Shown here piece by piece: positions 48,060 through 58,282 of a stretch of DNA of 64,000 nucleotides. Source of the stretch: Patescibacteria group bacterium (GTDB taxonomy: Bacteria > Patescibacteriota > UBA1384 > DATEAH01); NCBI GenBank assembly GCA_035288465.1, contig DATEAH010000007.1, forward strand, positions 2,090-66,089, in the 5' to 3' direction. The notes below the pieces were generated by a model. It was given only the letters and a program-made list of their open reading frames with translations. It was not told where the DNA came from and searched no databases. The translations under genes were made by a program, and so were the position numbers. Each line of letters begins with the position of its first letter. The first letter of the stretch is position 1.

Positions 48060-49583
48060 ATGAACAATTTGATCTTAGGGTTATTGATCGGCCTGCCGAT
48101 TGCTACTGGCGTGGCCGGATATTTTTTAAGAAAACTAACGGTCCAGAAAATTTTCAAGACTCAAGAAAACAAAGCTTCTAAAATTATTAACGACGCAAAA
48201 AATCAAGAAAAAGAAATTTTGTTAAGCGCCAAAGACGAGGCTCTCAAAATTAAAGAAGAGGCAAAAAAAGAAGCTGACACGAAGCAGAAATACATTTTTG
48301 ATTTGGAAAGAGCTTTACGTTCCAAAGAAGATTTATTGGAAAGAAAATCCCAAAACTTAGAGGATGATAAGGCTAAATTATCAGAAAAAATTTTAGAAGT
48401 GGAAAAATTTAAAGAAGTTTTAAAAAAAGCCAAGGCTGAGCAAATGACCACTTTGGAAAAGATTGCGAAAGTTTCTCAAGATGAAGCAAAAAAAATTTTG
48501 TTAGACTTGGTGGAAAAAGAGTATAAAGATGAATTGGTAGAAAAAATCAAAGAAATGGAGCTTTTCACCAAAGACCAAGCCGAAGACAAAGCCAGGGAAA
48601 TTATTATTACCGCGATTCAAAGATTAGCCTCGGAACAAACCGCAGAAACAACCGTAGCGGCAGTATCAATTCCTTCTGACGAAATGAAAGGCCGCATTAT
48701 TGGTCGCGAAGGCCGCAATGTCCAGACTTTTGAAAAATTAGCCGGCGTCGACGTCATCATCGATGACACTCCGGAAGTAGTGGTGATATCATGTTTTGAT
48801 CCGGTGAGACGGCAAATTGCTCGCATGGCTTTGGAAAAATTAATTGCCGATGGCCGAATTCACCCGACTCGTATTGAAGAAATGATTGAAAAAGCCAAAG
48901 TGGAAATTTCTCAGCAAATCAAAGAAGCCGGTGAGCAAGCAGTTTATGATGTTGGCGTGGCTGGTTTGCATCCGGATTTAGTTAAAATTTTAGGCAGATT
49001 AAAATTCCGCACCTCATACGGCCAAAATGTGTTGATGCATTCGATGGAAACCGCAAATTTAGCGGCCATGATTGCTTCTGAACTTGGTGCAGATGTGAAT
49101 ATGGCAAAAAAAGCGGGCTTATTGCATGATATTGGTAAAGCCGTTGACCACCAAATTGAAGGTTCGCATGCGGTAATTGGGGCTGATATATTGAAAAAAT
49201 ATGGTATCAATCCTGATATTGAAAAAGCAGTTCGAGGCCATCACGAAGACATTGAGCCAACTTTAATGGCAATTATTATTCAAGCCGCAGATGCGATTTC
49301 CGGTTCCAGGCCAGGGGCGCGTAAGGAATCTTTGGACTCTTATATTAAAAGATTGGGTGATTTGGAAAATGTCGCCAATGATTTTGAGGGAGTTGATAAA
49401 TCTTATGCAATTCAGGCTGGTCGTGAGATTCGTGTGATTGTGAAACCTGAAGATATTGATGATTTAGCCTCGGCCAAATTGGCGAAAAATATCGCTCGAA
49501 AAATTGAAAAAGAATTAAAATATCCAGGCCAAATTAAAGTAAATGTGATTAGAGAAACGAGAGCGGTTGATTTTGCAAAATAA
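48060..49583 (+). CDS. rny: ribonuclease Y
   Basis: TM helix, coiled coil, KH domain ([11 protein letters not shown]), HD domain (LLHDIGK), [11 protein letters not shown]. Confidence 0.97.
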   Translation: MNNLILGLLIGLPIATGVAGYFLRKLTVQKIFKTQENKASKIINDAKNQEKEILLSAKDEALKIKEEAKKEADTKQKYIFDLERALRSKEDLLERKSQNLEDDKAKLSEKILEVEKFKEVLKKAKAEQMTTLEKIAKVSQDEAKKILLDLVEKEYKDELVEKIKEMELFTKDQAEDKAREIIITAIQRLASEQTAETTVAAVSIPSDEMKGRIIGREGRNVQTFEKLAGVDVIIDDTPEVVVISCFDPVRRQIARMALEKLIADGRIHPTRIEEMIEKAKVEISQQIKEAGEQAVYDVGVAGLHPDLVKILGRLKFRTSYGQNVLMHSMETANLAAMIASELGADVNMAKKAGLLHDIGKAVDHQIEGSHAVIGADILKKYGINPDIEKAVRGHHEDIEPTLMAIIIQAADAISGSRPGARKESLDSYIKRLGDLENVANDFEGVDKSYAIQAGREIRVIVKPEDIDDLASAKLAKNIARKIEKELKYPGQIKVNVIRETRAVDFAK

Positions 49584-49600
49584 ATTATAAAAGAGGGAAA

Positions 49601-49876
49601 ATGAATAAAAAAGAACTGGTGTCAGAAATTGCCAAAGCCTCGAATCTGAATCGTGGCGAGGTTTTGAAATTATTAAATGAATTTTCTCATACCTTAGCGC
49701 AGACTTTGGCAAAAGGGGAGAAGGTGAGTCTTTCCGGTTTCGGAACTTTTTCTCTATCTAAAAGACAAGCTCGAGTTGGGACGAATCCGAGAAATCCCAA
49801 GGAAAAAATCCAAATTCCGCCTTCGGTGACAGCTCATTTTAAACCATCGCAAACCCTAAAATCGAAAATTAGTTAA
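49601..49876 (+). CDS. hup: HU DNA-binding protein
   Basis: MNKKEL...GEKVSLSGFGTF...AR.GTNPR...FKPS..LK. Confidence 0.95.
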   Translation: MNKKELVSEIAKASNLNRGEVLKLLNEFSHTLAQTLAKGEKVSLSGFGTFSLSKRQARVGTNPRNPKEKIQIPPSVTAHFKPSQTLKSKIS

Positions 49877-50327
49877 AGTCGCGGAGTTCTCTTCGGGCGT
49901 TTTTAGCGAGATCTCTTTCTTTAAGAATTTGTTTTTTATGATAAGTTTTTAAGCCTCTGGCGAGACCGAGTTCGAGTTTAATACGATTCTTTTTCGAATA
50001 TAATTTTAAGGGCACTAAAGTGAGCCCTTTTTGTAATTTGCCCGCAATTTGTACAATCTCAGCTTTATTTAACAATAATTTTCGAGATCTTTTAGGATCA
50101 AAACTGATTTTAGAATATTTATATGGCGAAACGTGTGTCCCAATTAACCAAATTTCACCGCCTAAAATTTGGGCAAAGGCATCACCCAAATTAACCTGAT
50201 GATTTTTAATCGATTTGGTTTCAGCGCCATTTAAAATTAACCCAGCTTCAATGGTTTCTAAAACCTGATATTTTAGCCGGGCTTTTTTATTAATCGCAAA
50301 AACGCCTGATTTAAATTTTTTATTCAT
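49869..50327 (-). CDS. smpB: SsrA-binding protein
   Basis: NKKA...Y...E.IEAGL.L.G.E.KS, R.RKLLL, GLTLVPL. Confidence 0.95.
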   Translation of the reverse strand: MNKKFKSGVFAINKKARLKYQVLETIEAGLILNGAETKSIKNHQVNLGDAFAQILGGEIWLIGTHVSPYKYSKISFDPKRSRKLLLNKAEIVQIAGKLQKGLTLVPLKLYSKKNRIKLELGLARGLKTYHKKQILKERDLAKNARRELRDFN

Positions 50328-51354
50328 CGCTTTTTTTAACTAAATTTTGCCACTCTGAAATAAGAACATACATTCCAGCCATGATTGGTACGGCCAAAAT
50401 TACTCCTAAAATGCCAGCTAAGACGCCACCGATTAAAAGTGCCACAATAATAATAACTGGTGACAAACCGACTGCTTTTTGCATGATTTTAGGTACCAAA
50501 ATATGTCCTTCGAGTTGTTGGACAATCACGAAGATGATTAAAACTATCAAGGCTAGCCAGGGTGAAACAAAATAAGCGACAATTAAGGCAGGAATGGCGC
50601 CCAAAACTGGTCCCAAATATGGAATTATTTCCGTTAATCCAGCCCAGACCGCCAGGGCTAAAGCATACGGAACTCCCAGAATAAACAAGGCGATAAAATC
50701 AATTACCGCAATAATAATGCATAAAATAATTTGGCCTCTCATCCAAGCGCCCCATTTTTCTCGAACTTTATGAAGAATTGTGAAAATTGCAGTTTTTTGG
50801 TGGATCGGTAAAAATGGTTCAACGATATTTTTCAAACCATTCTTTTCAATCAAAAGGTAAAAAACTAAGACTAAAATTGTCACGATTGCACCAATTGCCG
50901 TAAAAAAGCCGCGTGCCGTGGAAAAGATATTTATTGAGAATTTTGCCAATTGGTCAGAAGCAGTTGAGAGGGGTTTTTGCAAAATTGTTATAATTGAAGA
51001 TTGCTGTGAGAAAAAGTTTTGTAAAAAATGATAAGAAGAAGAAACCTGGCTAATAATATTTGGGGCATTATCGATTAAATCTTGAATCTGCAAGACTAAG
51101 GGCGGAATGATTAAATATGAAATTCCAGCTAAGATCGCCAGACCGATAATATAAATAATTATTGCCGAAAGAATCCGGGGAATTTTTTTGGCTTCAAACC
51201 AGTCTACGGTTGGATTTAAAGCGGCAAAAATGATCAGCACGACAGCTAATAGAATAATAATTCCAGATATACGCCAAGCCAACCAAATCAAAAAGATAAT
51301 AAATAAAATTTTTAACAAAGTACTGGTTGAAATTTCGATCGTTTTTTTCTCCAT
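50320..51354 (-). CDS. AI-2E (PerM) family transporter
   Basis: multi-TM; IPYLGP, QQLEGHILVPKIM...VGLSP, G.ILAVP. Confidence 0.92.
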   Translation of the reverse strand: MEKKTIEISTSTLLKILFIIFLIWLAWRISGIIILLAVVLIIFAALNPTVDWFEAKKIPRILSAIIIYIIGLAILAGISYLIIPPLVLQIQDLIDNAPNIISQVSSSYHFLQNFFSQQSSIITILQKPLSTASDQLAKFSINIFSTARGFFTAIGAIVTILVLVFYLLIEKNGLKNIVEPFLPIHQKTAIFTILHKVREKWGAWMRGQIILCIIIAVIDFIALFILGVPYALALAVWAGLTEIIPYLGPVLGAIPALIVAYFVSPWLALIVLIIFVIVQQLEGHILVPKIMQKAVGLSPVIIIVALLIGGVLAGILGVILAVPIMAGMYVLISEWQNLVKKSDE

Positions 51355-51402
51355 GACACTCCTTCGTTATCCTTACTTTGATTTTATCTTACTACTTTTT
51401 AT

Positions 51403-52200
51403 TTAATTGGTAAAGACGATTTTTTGAAATTTAATTCGATTTCGGGATAAAAAGTGTTTCGCCATTTTTTCGATACCTAGGCTAAGGTCGGAAACAAAAA
51501 AGGTGTGTTTTGGTCTCGAATTATTTTTAATTTTATTTTTGGATAAATATTGTTGAAGTTTTGAGCTAACAGTTTGAGCAGAATCGATTATATTGGCTTG
51601 ATGCTTGATAATTTTTTTAATTTGATTTTTGAGTTTTGGAAAATGAGTACAGCCTAAAATTAAAGTATCAATCTTTTTTTGGCTCAAAGGTTTTAAATAT
51701 TTTTTGAGAATTAGGTTTGTTTCGGGTTGTTTTTCCCAGCCTTCTTCAATTAAAGGAACGAGTAAAGGGCAAGCTTGGCTGTAGACCTTGATTTTTAATT
51801 CAGATTTGGATTTTTGAAGAATCGCTTTTTCGTAGGCAGAACTTTGTATGGTGGCGCGGGTGGCGATGACACCAATTTGCTGATTTTTAGTGTTAGCCAG
51901 GGCTTTTTGAACTGCAGGAGAGATAACATCAAAAAAAGTTATTTTTGGAAATTTTTTATATAGAGTTGACATGGCATATGCCGAAGCAGTATTGCAGGCA
52001 ATGATGATAATTTTTGCCCCTTGTTGTTTTAAAAAATTAACCCCCTCAAGAGCGTGTTTAATAACAGTTTCTGGAGATTTATTTCCATATGGAAGATGGG
52101 CTAAATCGCCAAAATAAACGGTTGATTCATTTGGGCTCTTTTTTAAAATTTCTTTTAAAACAATTAAACCGCCCAAACCCGAATCAAAAACACCAATCAT
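51403..52200 (-). CDS. murI: glutamate racemase
   Basis: IGVFDSGLGG, PYGNKS, IACNTA, LGCTHFP. Confidence 0.96.
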   Translation of the reverse strand: MIGVFDSGLGGLIVLKEILKKSPNESTVYFGDLAHLPYGNKSPETVIKHALEGVNFLKQQGAKIIIIACNTASAYAMSTLYKKFPKITFFDVISPAVQKALANTKNQQIGVIATRATIQSSAYEKAILQKSKSELKIKVYSQACPLLVPLIEEGWEKQPETNLILKKYLKPLSQKKIDTLILGCTHFPKLKNQIKKIIKHQANIIDSAQTVSSKLQQYLSKNKIKNNSRPKHTFFVSDLSLGIEKMAKHFLSRNRIKFQKIVFTN

Positions 52201-52390
52201 TTTATCCTCTGATAAATTAAATTTTCAATACCCCAATTTTATCCCAATAAGATTGAAAATTCCAGCCTAAAAGAGTAAAATAGGATTAGAATTGCCCTCT
52301 AAGCTTCTGGCCCCGCAAAGGCGGGGCCCGAGTCCTTGACTCCGACCAAATCGGAGTCGGGCAATTAGATACCTGCCCGCCGATACCTAT

Positions 52391-52462
52391 GCCCCCGTAG
52401 TTCAACGGATAGAACAAGGGACTCCTAAGCCCTAAATAGAAGTTCGACTCTTCTCGGGGGCG
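52391..52462 (+). tRNA. tRNA-Arg(CCT)
   Basis: GCCCCCG/CGGGGGC acceptor stem; anticodon loop CTCCTAA; TTCGACT T-loop; CCA not encoded. Confidence 0.9.
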
Positions 52463-52474
52463 CAATATTTTTTT

Positions 52475-52546
52475 CGGAGCGTGGCCTAGCGGTAAGGCGC
52501 AGCCTTCGGGAGGCTGAGATCGTGAGTTCGAATCTCACCGCTCCGA
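52475..52546 (+). tRNA. tRNA-Pro(CGG)
   Basis: CGGAGCG/CGCTCCG acceptor stem; CAGCC-TTCGGGA-GGCTG anticodon arm; CCA not encoded. Confidence 0.93.
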
Positions 52547-52560
52547 TTATTATTCAGCGC

Positions 52561-52601
52561 GTCCCGCCAACGGCGGGGAGGCCGTCCCGCCAGGGCGGGA
52601 C
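52561..52601. repeat. tandem CCCGCC/GGCGGG short palindromes
   Basis: TCCCGCC-AAC-GGCGGGG and GTCCCGCC-AG-GGCGGGAC. Confidence 0.75.
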
Positions 52602-52691
52602 CAGCCCGATATTAAAAAAACCTCCTTTTTTGAGAGATTTTTTTAATTATAAAAATTTCTGGTCCCGCATAATCAAAGCACACGGGATAAA

Positions 52692-53053
52692 TGGAGGTGC
52701 CGGAAGTTGCATCCGGGTCCAAAAGTTTTAAAAAATATCTTCTACAAGTTTATTCCAGATAAGTACTTAGGTAATCAGCTTAAATCTGGACTAAAAACTG
52801 AAAACCGCAATCTTTTATTAGCTTAGGTTCGGTAAAAAAGATGATTACCAAACTGCATCCGAAATTATGACACCAGATTTGCAACTTTCGGAAAGCTGCA
52901 AGAGGCGCCCCGTCAAAGGCGGGGATGACAATAGCGGTTAGGCTACTGCCATTTGTAAAGCAGGTTTGTTGCTTGTTTTTTTCTAGTTTTGATTGGGCTA
53001 GAAACCAAACTTGCGACATTTTTCGCAGTCTTTTGTCGAGGCTTGTCACCCCC
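52692..53053 (-). ncRNA. ssrA: tmRNA
   Basis: 5' GGGGGTG...CTCGAC pairs with 3' CACCTCC-A including the G3:U alanine determinant; internal tag frame ...SNKPALQMAVA*; smpB is nearby. Confidence 0.92.
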
Positions 53054-53276
53054 TTATGGCGTTGGTAGACTGATACGCTACCGACCTCAGACCATTTTCT
53101 TTTTCGGAAAGAAAAAGTCTGACAAAAAGAAAACTTATTCGAAATTCCTATCGTGGCAGAATCATGGAAAGGTTGTTTAACTTTCATGGTCTGATTTACT
53201 GTCATTTTTCTGATCTTAAATCCGAATTTTTAAAGTTCTATCTTAATTTTACCACAAATTTTAATTTTGTCAAGAC

Positions 53277-53317
53277 TGGTGGGCGGTATCCCAATGGTCA
53301 TCGGGATGACCTTCTGC
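53277..53317 (-). pseudogene. tRNA-like 3'-half remnant
   Basis: minus strand GCAGA-AGGTC-ATCCC[GATGACCATT]GGGAT-ACCGCCC-A-CCA; no matching 5' half upstream. Confidence 0.45.
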
Positions 53318-53335
53318 ACATTCATTTGATATAAA

Positions 53336-53410
53336 TGGTGCGCGCGGTAGGACTTGGACCTACGACCTTCTCTACGTCAAAGAGACGCTCTACCCCTGAG
53401 CTACGCGCGC
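53336..53410 (-). tRNA. tRNA-Val(GAC)
   Basis: GCGCGCG acceptor stem; TCTCT-TTGACGT-AGAGA anticodon arm; T-loop TCCAAGT (atypical); CCA encoded. Confidence 0.92.
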
Positions 53411-53521
53411 ATATTCAAATTCGAACTATAGGTATCTTAATTTTAGCCTAAAACCACCAAAATTTCAAGCTCTTTTTCGTATTTTTGTATCCGTCAACTG
53501 GCGGATTTTGTATTTCGTAGA

Positions 53522-54520
53522 CTAATCAGTAAATTCTTGGGTGAACATCTCTCCCCAATTATCAGCTGAAATTATCCCGATGCCAATTTTATGAAAATTA
53601 GGAGATAAAATATTAGCGCGATGTCCAGGACTATTCATCAGCCCATTATGCGCAACCTCAACATCCGGGGCATAAGCTAAATTTTCGCCCGCAGTTTTAA
53701 AATTAATTTTTGCGGCCAATAAACGATCGGTCGGAGTGCCAGTGACAGGCGAATTGTGATCAAAATATGATAATTTAAACATTTCTAAAGAATGTTTGCG
53801 GGCAATCGCGGATAGGGCGGGATCGGCAATAAGAGAGCCTAGACCTTGTTTGCTTCTTTCTGCGTTAATTAGTTCAAGCATCCTTTTTTCGGCGTTATAG
53901 TTGATAGTCAGCTCAAGATTGCCGGGAAAAGAAATGGTCTGATTTTCTCCTGGGAAAATGGCGCCTAATAAATTATCGATTTTAGCTCGAGTTTCCTTTT
54001 CGGCCGGAGCTAATAAATTTTCAATTTTCTGATCAAAAAAGGAGAACTTGTTTAGGAGAAATGGGGTGAATTTTGAGTCAGACATAGTTGATTTTAATGC
54101 CGGACTCAAAGGTAAAATGACCAAATTAATAATGATAATATTAATGGCGATAAAACCATTAATGAGACCGGGAATCATGCCTAAAAGCCTATTTATAATT
54201 TTAAAGGCTCGATTTTGATTCCATCTTTCAACTAGGGGCTTGAGAGTTCTTCTGAGAATTATTCCCGAAATAATGGTCCAAATAATTTCCACGCCCACAA
54301 AAATTACCAAAAAACCAATTAAATTGGCTAAACCAATGCTAAACTTAAAACTTTCGGCTAAAGTTTGACCGAGATAAGGGTATAAAAATAAGCTTGCCAC
54401 CACCGAAATAGCAAAGCCAATAAGTGTGAATAATTCGTCAAAAAAGCCTCGCCAAAAGCCAATGAGGACGGAAATTGCTAAAATTGCAATAATGGCAATA
54501 TCAATAATATTCATATCCAT
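53522..54520 (-). CDS. CvpA-family membrane domain fused to a CAP (SCP) domain
   Basis: IIDIAII...GFWRGF; LINAERS, ARKHS..M, GENLA, LMNSPGHRANIL. Confidence 0.9.
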   Translation of the reverse strand: MDMNIIDIAIIAILAISVLIGFWRGFFDELFTLIGFAISVVASLFLYPYLGQTLAESFKFSIGLANLIGFLVIFVGVEIIWTIISGIILRRTLKPLVERWNQNRAFKIINRLLGMIPGLINGFIAINIIIINLVILPLSPALKSTMSDSKFTPFLLNKFSFFDQKIENLLAPAEKETRAKIDNLLGAIFPGENQTISFPGNLELTINYNAEKRMLELINAERSKQGLGSLIADPALSAIARKHSLEMFKLSYFDHNSPVTGTPTDRLLAAKINFKTAGENLAYAPDVEVAHNGLMNSPGHRANILSPNFHKIGIGIISADNWGEMFTQEFTD

Positions 54521-54626
54521 AATTACATTATACCAAAAAATAAAAATATTTTTTAAAGCTTGAATTTTAAGCTAAATGGTTTAAAATTGAAGTAAATTAA
54601 TAATTTGATTTAGAAATGGGGTAAAA

Positions 54627-56348
54627 ATGTCAGATAAAAAACAAGCCACCAAATTAGAAACAATGCGCCATTCCTGCAGTCATGTTTTGGCTGAGGCGGT
54701 TTTAGAAATTTTTCCTGAAGCAAAATTAGGCATTGGTCCAGCCACGGCTGATGGTTTTTATTATGATTTTCAACTGCCGGTGCCGTTATCTGAAAAAGAT
54801 TTGCCAAAAATTGAAGACCGAATGAAAGCAATTATTAAAAATAACAAAGCTTTTGAAAAAAGCATAATTTCTCGTGAAGAAGCTCAAAAACTTTTCAAAA
54901 AATTAGAGCAACCCTTAAAATTAGAATTAATCGCTGAATTGCCAAAAGATGATAAAATAACCATTTATAGGACTGGTAATTTTATTGATTTATGCCGTGG
55001 GCCACACTTGGCGTCGACTGGTAAAATTGGACCTTTAAAATTAACTTCAATCGCCGGGGCATATTGGCGCGGTTCAGAACAAAATCAACAATTACAGCGG
55101 ATTTACGGAACATGTTTTAATGATAACAGCGAGCTTTCAGAATATTTAGAAAAACTTGAAGAAGCGGAAAAGCGTGATCATCGCAAATTAGGCAAAGCCT
55201 TAGATTTATATTCGGTCTCAGATGATATTGGGCCTGGTTTGATTTTATGGCATCCAAAAGGATCGGTGATTAGAAAAATTATTGAAGATTTTTGGCGTGA
55301 AGAACATTTAAAGCGGGACTACCAATTGGTTTTCTCGCCTCATATTGCTCGAGAATTGATTTGGAAAAAATCCGGACACTTGGATTTTTACTCAGAAAAT
55401 ATGTTTTCTTCGTTTGGTATTGAAGGCGATCATTATTTGATTAAACCGATGAATTGCCCTTTTCACATTGCGATTTATAAAACCCATTTACACTCTTATA
55501 AAGATTTGCCAATTCGCTATGCTGAACTTGGCATGGTTTACCGATATGAAAAATCTGGAGTTTTGCATGGTTTAACTCGGGTGCGAGGTTTTACCCAGGA
55601 TGATGCGCACATCTTTTGTACTCAAGGCCAAATGGAAGATGAGTTAGTAAAAACCGTAAAATTAGCGCAATTTATGTTAAAGAAATTTGGTTTTAAAAAT
55701 TATAAAGTCTATCTGGCGACTCGACCTGAGGATTTTGTGGGCAAAATTGAAATTTGGGATAAAGCGGAAAAAGCCTTAGATTCAGCTTTAAAAAAAGCCG
55801 GCGTAGAATTTCAAATAGATGACGGCGAAGGCGTTTTTTATGGTCCCAAAATTGATATTAAATTAGAAGATTCTTTGGGCCGGTTATGGCAAGGTCCCAC
55901 AATTCAGATTGATTTTAACGAACCAAAGAAATTTAAGGTTAATTACACTGGTGATGACGGTCAAGAACATCAAGCGATTATGATTCATCGCACCGTCTTA
56001 GGTTCAATGGAAAGATTTTTTGGTTGTTTAGTTGAGCATTATGCAGGGGCATTTCCATGGTGGTTGGCGCCAGTTCAAGTAAAGGTGGTGCAAATTACTG
56101 ATCGAAATCAAAAATATGCTAAAAAGATTGTTGAAGAATTGAGCAGGCGAAAATTAAGGGTTGAATTAGATGATCGAAATGAATCGGTAGGTAAAAAAAT
56201 CCGCGACGCGGAATTAGAAAAAGTGCCTTATATTTTAGTAGTTGGCGATAAAGAAGAAAAAGCAGAATCTGTTTCAGTGCGAAAGCGGGGGAGTAAAGAG
56301 CTGAAAAGCTTAAAAATTGATAAATTTATACTTCAAGTCACCGAATAA
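54627..56348 (+). CDS. thrS: threonyl-tRNA synthetase
   Basis: RHSCSHVLA, DLCRGPH, RDHRKLG, KPMNCP, RVRGFTQDDAH, FYGPKID, GSMERF. Confidence 0.97.
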   Translation: MSDKKQATKLETMRHSCSHVLAEAVLEIFPEAKLGIGPATADGFYYDFQLPVPLSEKDLPKIEDRMKAIIKNNKAFEKSIISREEAQKLFKKLEQPLKLELIAELPKDDKITIYRTGNFIDLCRGPHLASTGKIGPLKLTSIAGAYWRGSEQNQQLQRIYGTCFNDNSELSEYLEKLEEAEKRDHRKLGKALDLYSVSDDIGPGLILWHPKGSVIRKIIEDFWREEHLKRDYQLVFSPHIARELIWKKSGHLDFYSENMFSSFGIEGDHYLIKPMNCPFHIAIYKTHLHSYKDLPIRYAELGMVYRYEKSGVLHGLTRVRGFTQDDAHIFCTQGQMEDELVKTVKLAQFMLKKFGFKNYKVYLATRPEDFVGKIEIWDKAEKALDSALKKAGVEFQIDDGEGVFYGPKIDIKLEDSLGRLWQGPTIQIDFNEPKKFKVNYTGDDGQEHQAIMIHRTVLGSMERFFGCLVEHYAGAFPWWLAPVQVKVVQITDRNQKYAKKIVEELSRRKLRVELDDRNESVGKKIRDAELEKVPYILVVGDKEEKAESVSVRKRGSKELKSLKIDKFILQVTE

Positions 56349-56364
56349 ATATAAATATTAAATT

Positions 56365-57474
56365 CTATTTATTAATTAATGTGTTTAAAATCTGCCAGCG
56401 ACGTTTCTTCTCGAGGCGTGAAACGTCATCTTTGAGACGAGCCGCGGCAGTGTCAGGTCTGGGTGAATATTGGGAGATGTAAGCCTTGTCAAATTGAGCT
56501 TTTCGACAAAGCAAGGGTGTGTTTTGAAAAGCTTTTTTTGTTTCGCCAGGAAATCCGACAATAATATCGGTGGAGAGTTTCAGACCCGAGATTTGAGACC
56601 TGAGATTTGAGACTAAGTCTAAATATTGTTTTGAAGTATAAGGTCGGTTCATGCGCTTTAAAATCTGATCATCGCCAGATTGGACTGGAAGGTGGATTTG
56701 TTTAGATATTTTAGGCTCGGTGGCAATTAGTTTGATTAATTCAGCCGGAAAATCCCAGGGATTCGGGCTCATAAAAAGAAGCTGAAAATTACCCGGGATC
56801 TTGATTAATTTTTTCAATAATTCCACAAATGGAGTTTTTGTATTTAATAATTTTGAATTTTTTCTTGTCATTTTGATTTTTGATTTTTGATTTTTTAATT
56901 TATAACGATTCACATTTTGCCCAAGGAGCATTATTTTTTTCGCGCCATTTTTGACCGCTTTTTTGACTTCGGCAATAATTTCTTGCTCCGAGCGAGATTT
57001 TTCGCGACCTCGGGTAAAGGGGACAGCACAATAAGAACAGAAGTTGTTACATCCATATATAATAGGAATATAAACTTCATCCTTTTTAGAATATTGAGGG
57101 GTGATTTTGGAATAATTTTTCGGACAAAGCCAGCTTTTTTCCAAGTGGGTGATTTCTTGAATTTTTTTTGCTAGCTTATTAAGATCATTAATTTTAAAAA
57201 TCCAGTCAACTCTAGGGGTAAGTTTTTTAATATCTGCCGGTAGAATGCAGCCGGTAAGGAAAATGAGCGGTTTTGATTTTTTTTGCCAGACTTTAATGCG
57301 GCCAAAGATTCGATCAACCGCGGCTTGGCGGACCGAGCAAGCATTGATAATTACCAAATCAGTCCCGCCAGCTGGCGGGACTGATTTTAGTCCGCTCTTT
57401 TCGCAAACTGTTTTTAGACGCTCGGAATCAGAAATGTTCATTTGACAACCGAGCGTTACAATAAAATATTTCAT
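56365..57474 (-). CDS. miaB: MiaB/RimO-family radical SAM methylthiotransferase without a TRAM domain
   Basis: TLGCQMN.SDSE, INACSVR, GCNNFCSYCAVPFTRGRE.SR, HLPVQSG, TDIIVGFPGET. Confidence 0.85.
   Translation of the reverse strand: MKYFIVTLGCQMNISDSERLKTVCEKSGLKSVPPAGGTDLVIINACSVRQAAVDRIFGRIKVWQKKSKPLIFLTGCILPADIKKLTPRVDWIFKINDLNKLAKKIQEITHLEKSWLCPKNYSKITPQYSKKDEVYIPIIYGCNNFCSYCAVPFTRGREKSRSEQEIIAEVKKAVKNGAKKIMLLGQNVNRYKLKNQKSKIKMTRKNSKLLNTKTPFVELLKKLIKIPGNFQLLFMSPNPWDFPAELIKLIATEPKISKQIHLPVQSGDDQILKRMNRPYTSKQYLDLVSNLRSQISGLKLSTDIIVGFPGETKKAFQNTPLLCRKAQFDKAYISQYSPRPDTAAARLKDDVSRLEKKRRWQILNTLINK
57356..57387. repeat. perfect 32-bp palindrome inside the miaB coding sequence
   Basis: AAATCAGTCCCGCCAG|CTGGCGGGACTGATTT. 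Confidence 0.95.
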
Positions 57475-57484
57475 AAATTAAAAA

Positions 57485-58234
57485 TTATCGAGGATTGTTA
57501 TTTTCAGGATTTTCCGGCGCCGGAGTTGGAGTAGCGGGTGTGGCCGTTTTTTCACCCTGTGCTTCTTCGGTACCAGCGGCAACTTCTGTTTCTTCGCCTT
57601 TTTCAGCTTCCGCTTCAACTTCGACTTCTTCAACCTTTTCTTCAACTTTTTCTTCCAATTCAGCTAATTCTTCTTCCGAACGAGGCGGCATCACCATTGC
57701 CACCACTTCATCCGGATTATCTAAAATTGTGATAGTTTCCGGGACTTTCAAATCAGAAACTAAAATACGGTCTTCGAAAGTTTTAAGGCTAGAAATATCA
57801 ATTTTAATTTCGTGAATTAAATCTTGAGGGAATGTTTCAGTTTCCACCGTCGCTTTTTGCAGGATTAAACTGCCTTCCAAGTCTTTCACTGCCGCAGATT
57901 CGCCTTCAGCTGAAATTGGAACATCGGTTTTAATTTTTTCGGTCATTTTCACTTGATATAAATCAGTGTGAATTGCGTCACCTGAAATTGGGTCAATTTG
58001 GACTTCTTGGATTAAAACTTTTTTCGGATTTTCATTTTCAATTTTTAAATCAACCAAAGTGGTTTGGCCAGCTTCCTCAAAGACTTTTTCAAAATCTTTA
58101 TGAGGAATCTGCAAACTTATATTCTTGGTTTTATGGCCATATAAAATAGCCGGAATAAAGCCTGATTTTCTCAAAGCCTGATTTTTTTTGCCGAAAGTGT
58201 TTCGGATTTGCGCGTTTAGTTTTGTCATTTCCAT
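57485..58234 (-). CDS. rplY: 50S ribosomal protein L25 (CTC-type, acidic tail)
   Basis: LRKSGFIPAILYG, Q.DPI....HTDLYQV, GESAAVK. Confidence 0.93.
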   Translation of the reverse strand: MEMTKLNAQIRNTFGKKNQALRKSGFIPAILYGHKTKNISLQIPHKDFEKVFEEAGQTTLVDLKIENENPKKVLIQEVQIDPISGDAIHTDLYQVKMTEKIKTDVPISAEGESAAVKDLEGSLILQKATVETETFPQDLIHEIKIDISSLKTFEDRILVSDLKVPETITILDNPDEVVAMVMPPRSEEELAELEEKVEEKVEEVEVEAEAEKGEETEVAAGTEEAQGEKTATPATPTPAPENPENNNPR

Positions 58235-58282
58235 TTTAAATCCTAAATAGGGATAGGTTTATTTAATGTTGTGAAAAATTAT

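Noticed and set aside
52780-53205. 141-aa ORF on the minus strand
   Set aside because: It overlaps tmRNA and its leader; shadow ORF.
56365-57474. miaB pseudogene because the TRAM domain is missing
   Set aside because: The N-terminal and radical SAM motifs are intact and the ORF ends cleanly 16 bp from the convergent thrS stop, leaving no room for a frameshifted TRAM domain.
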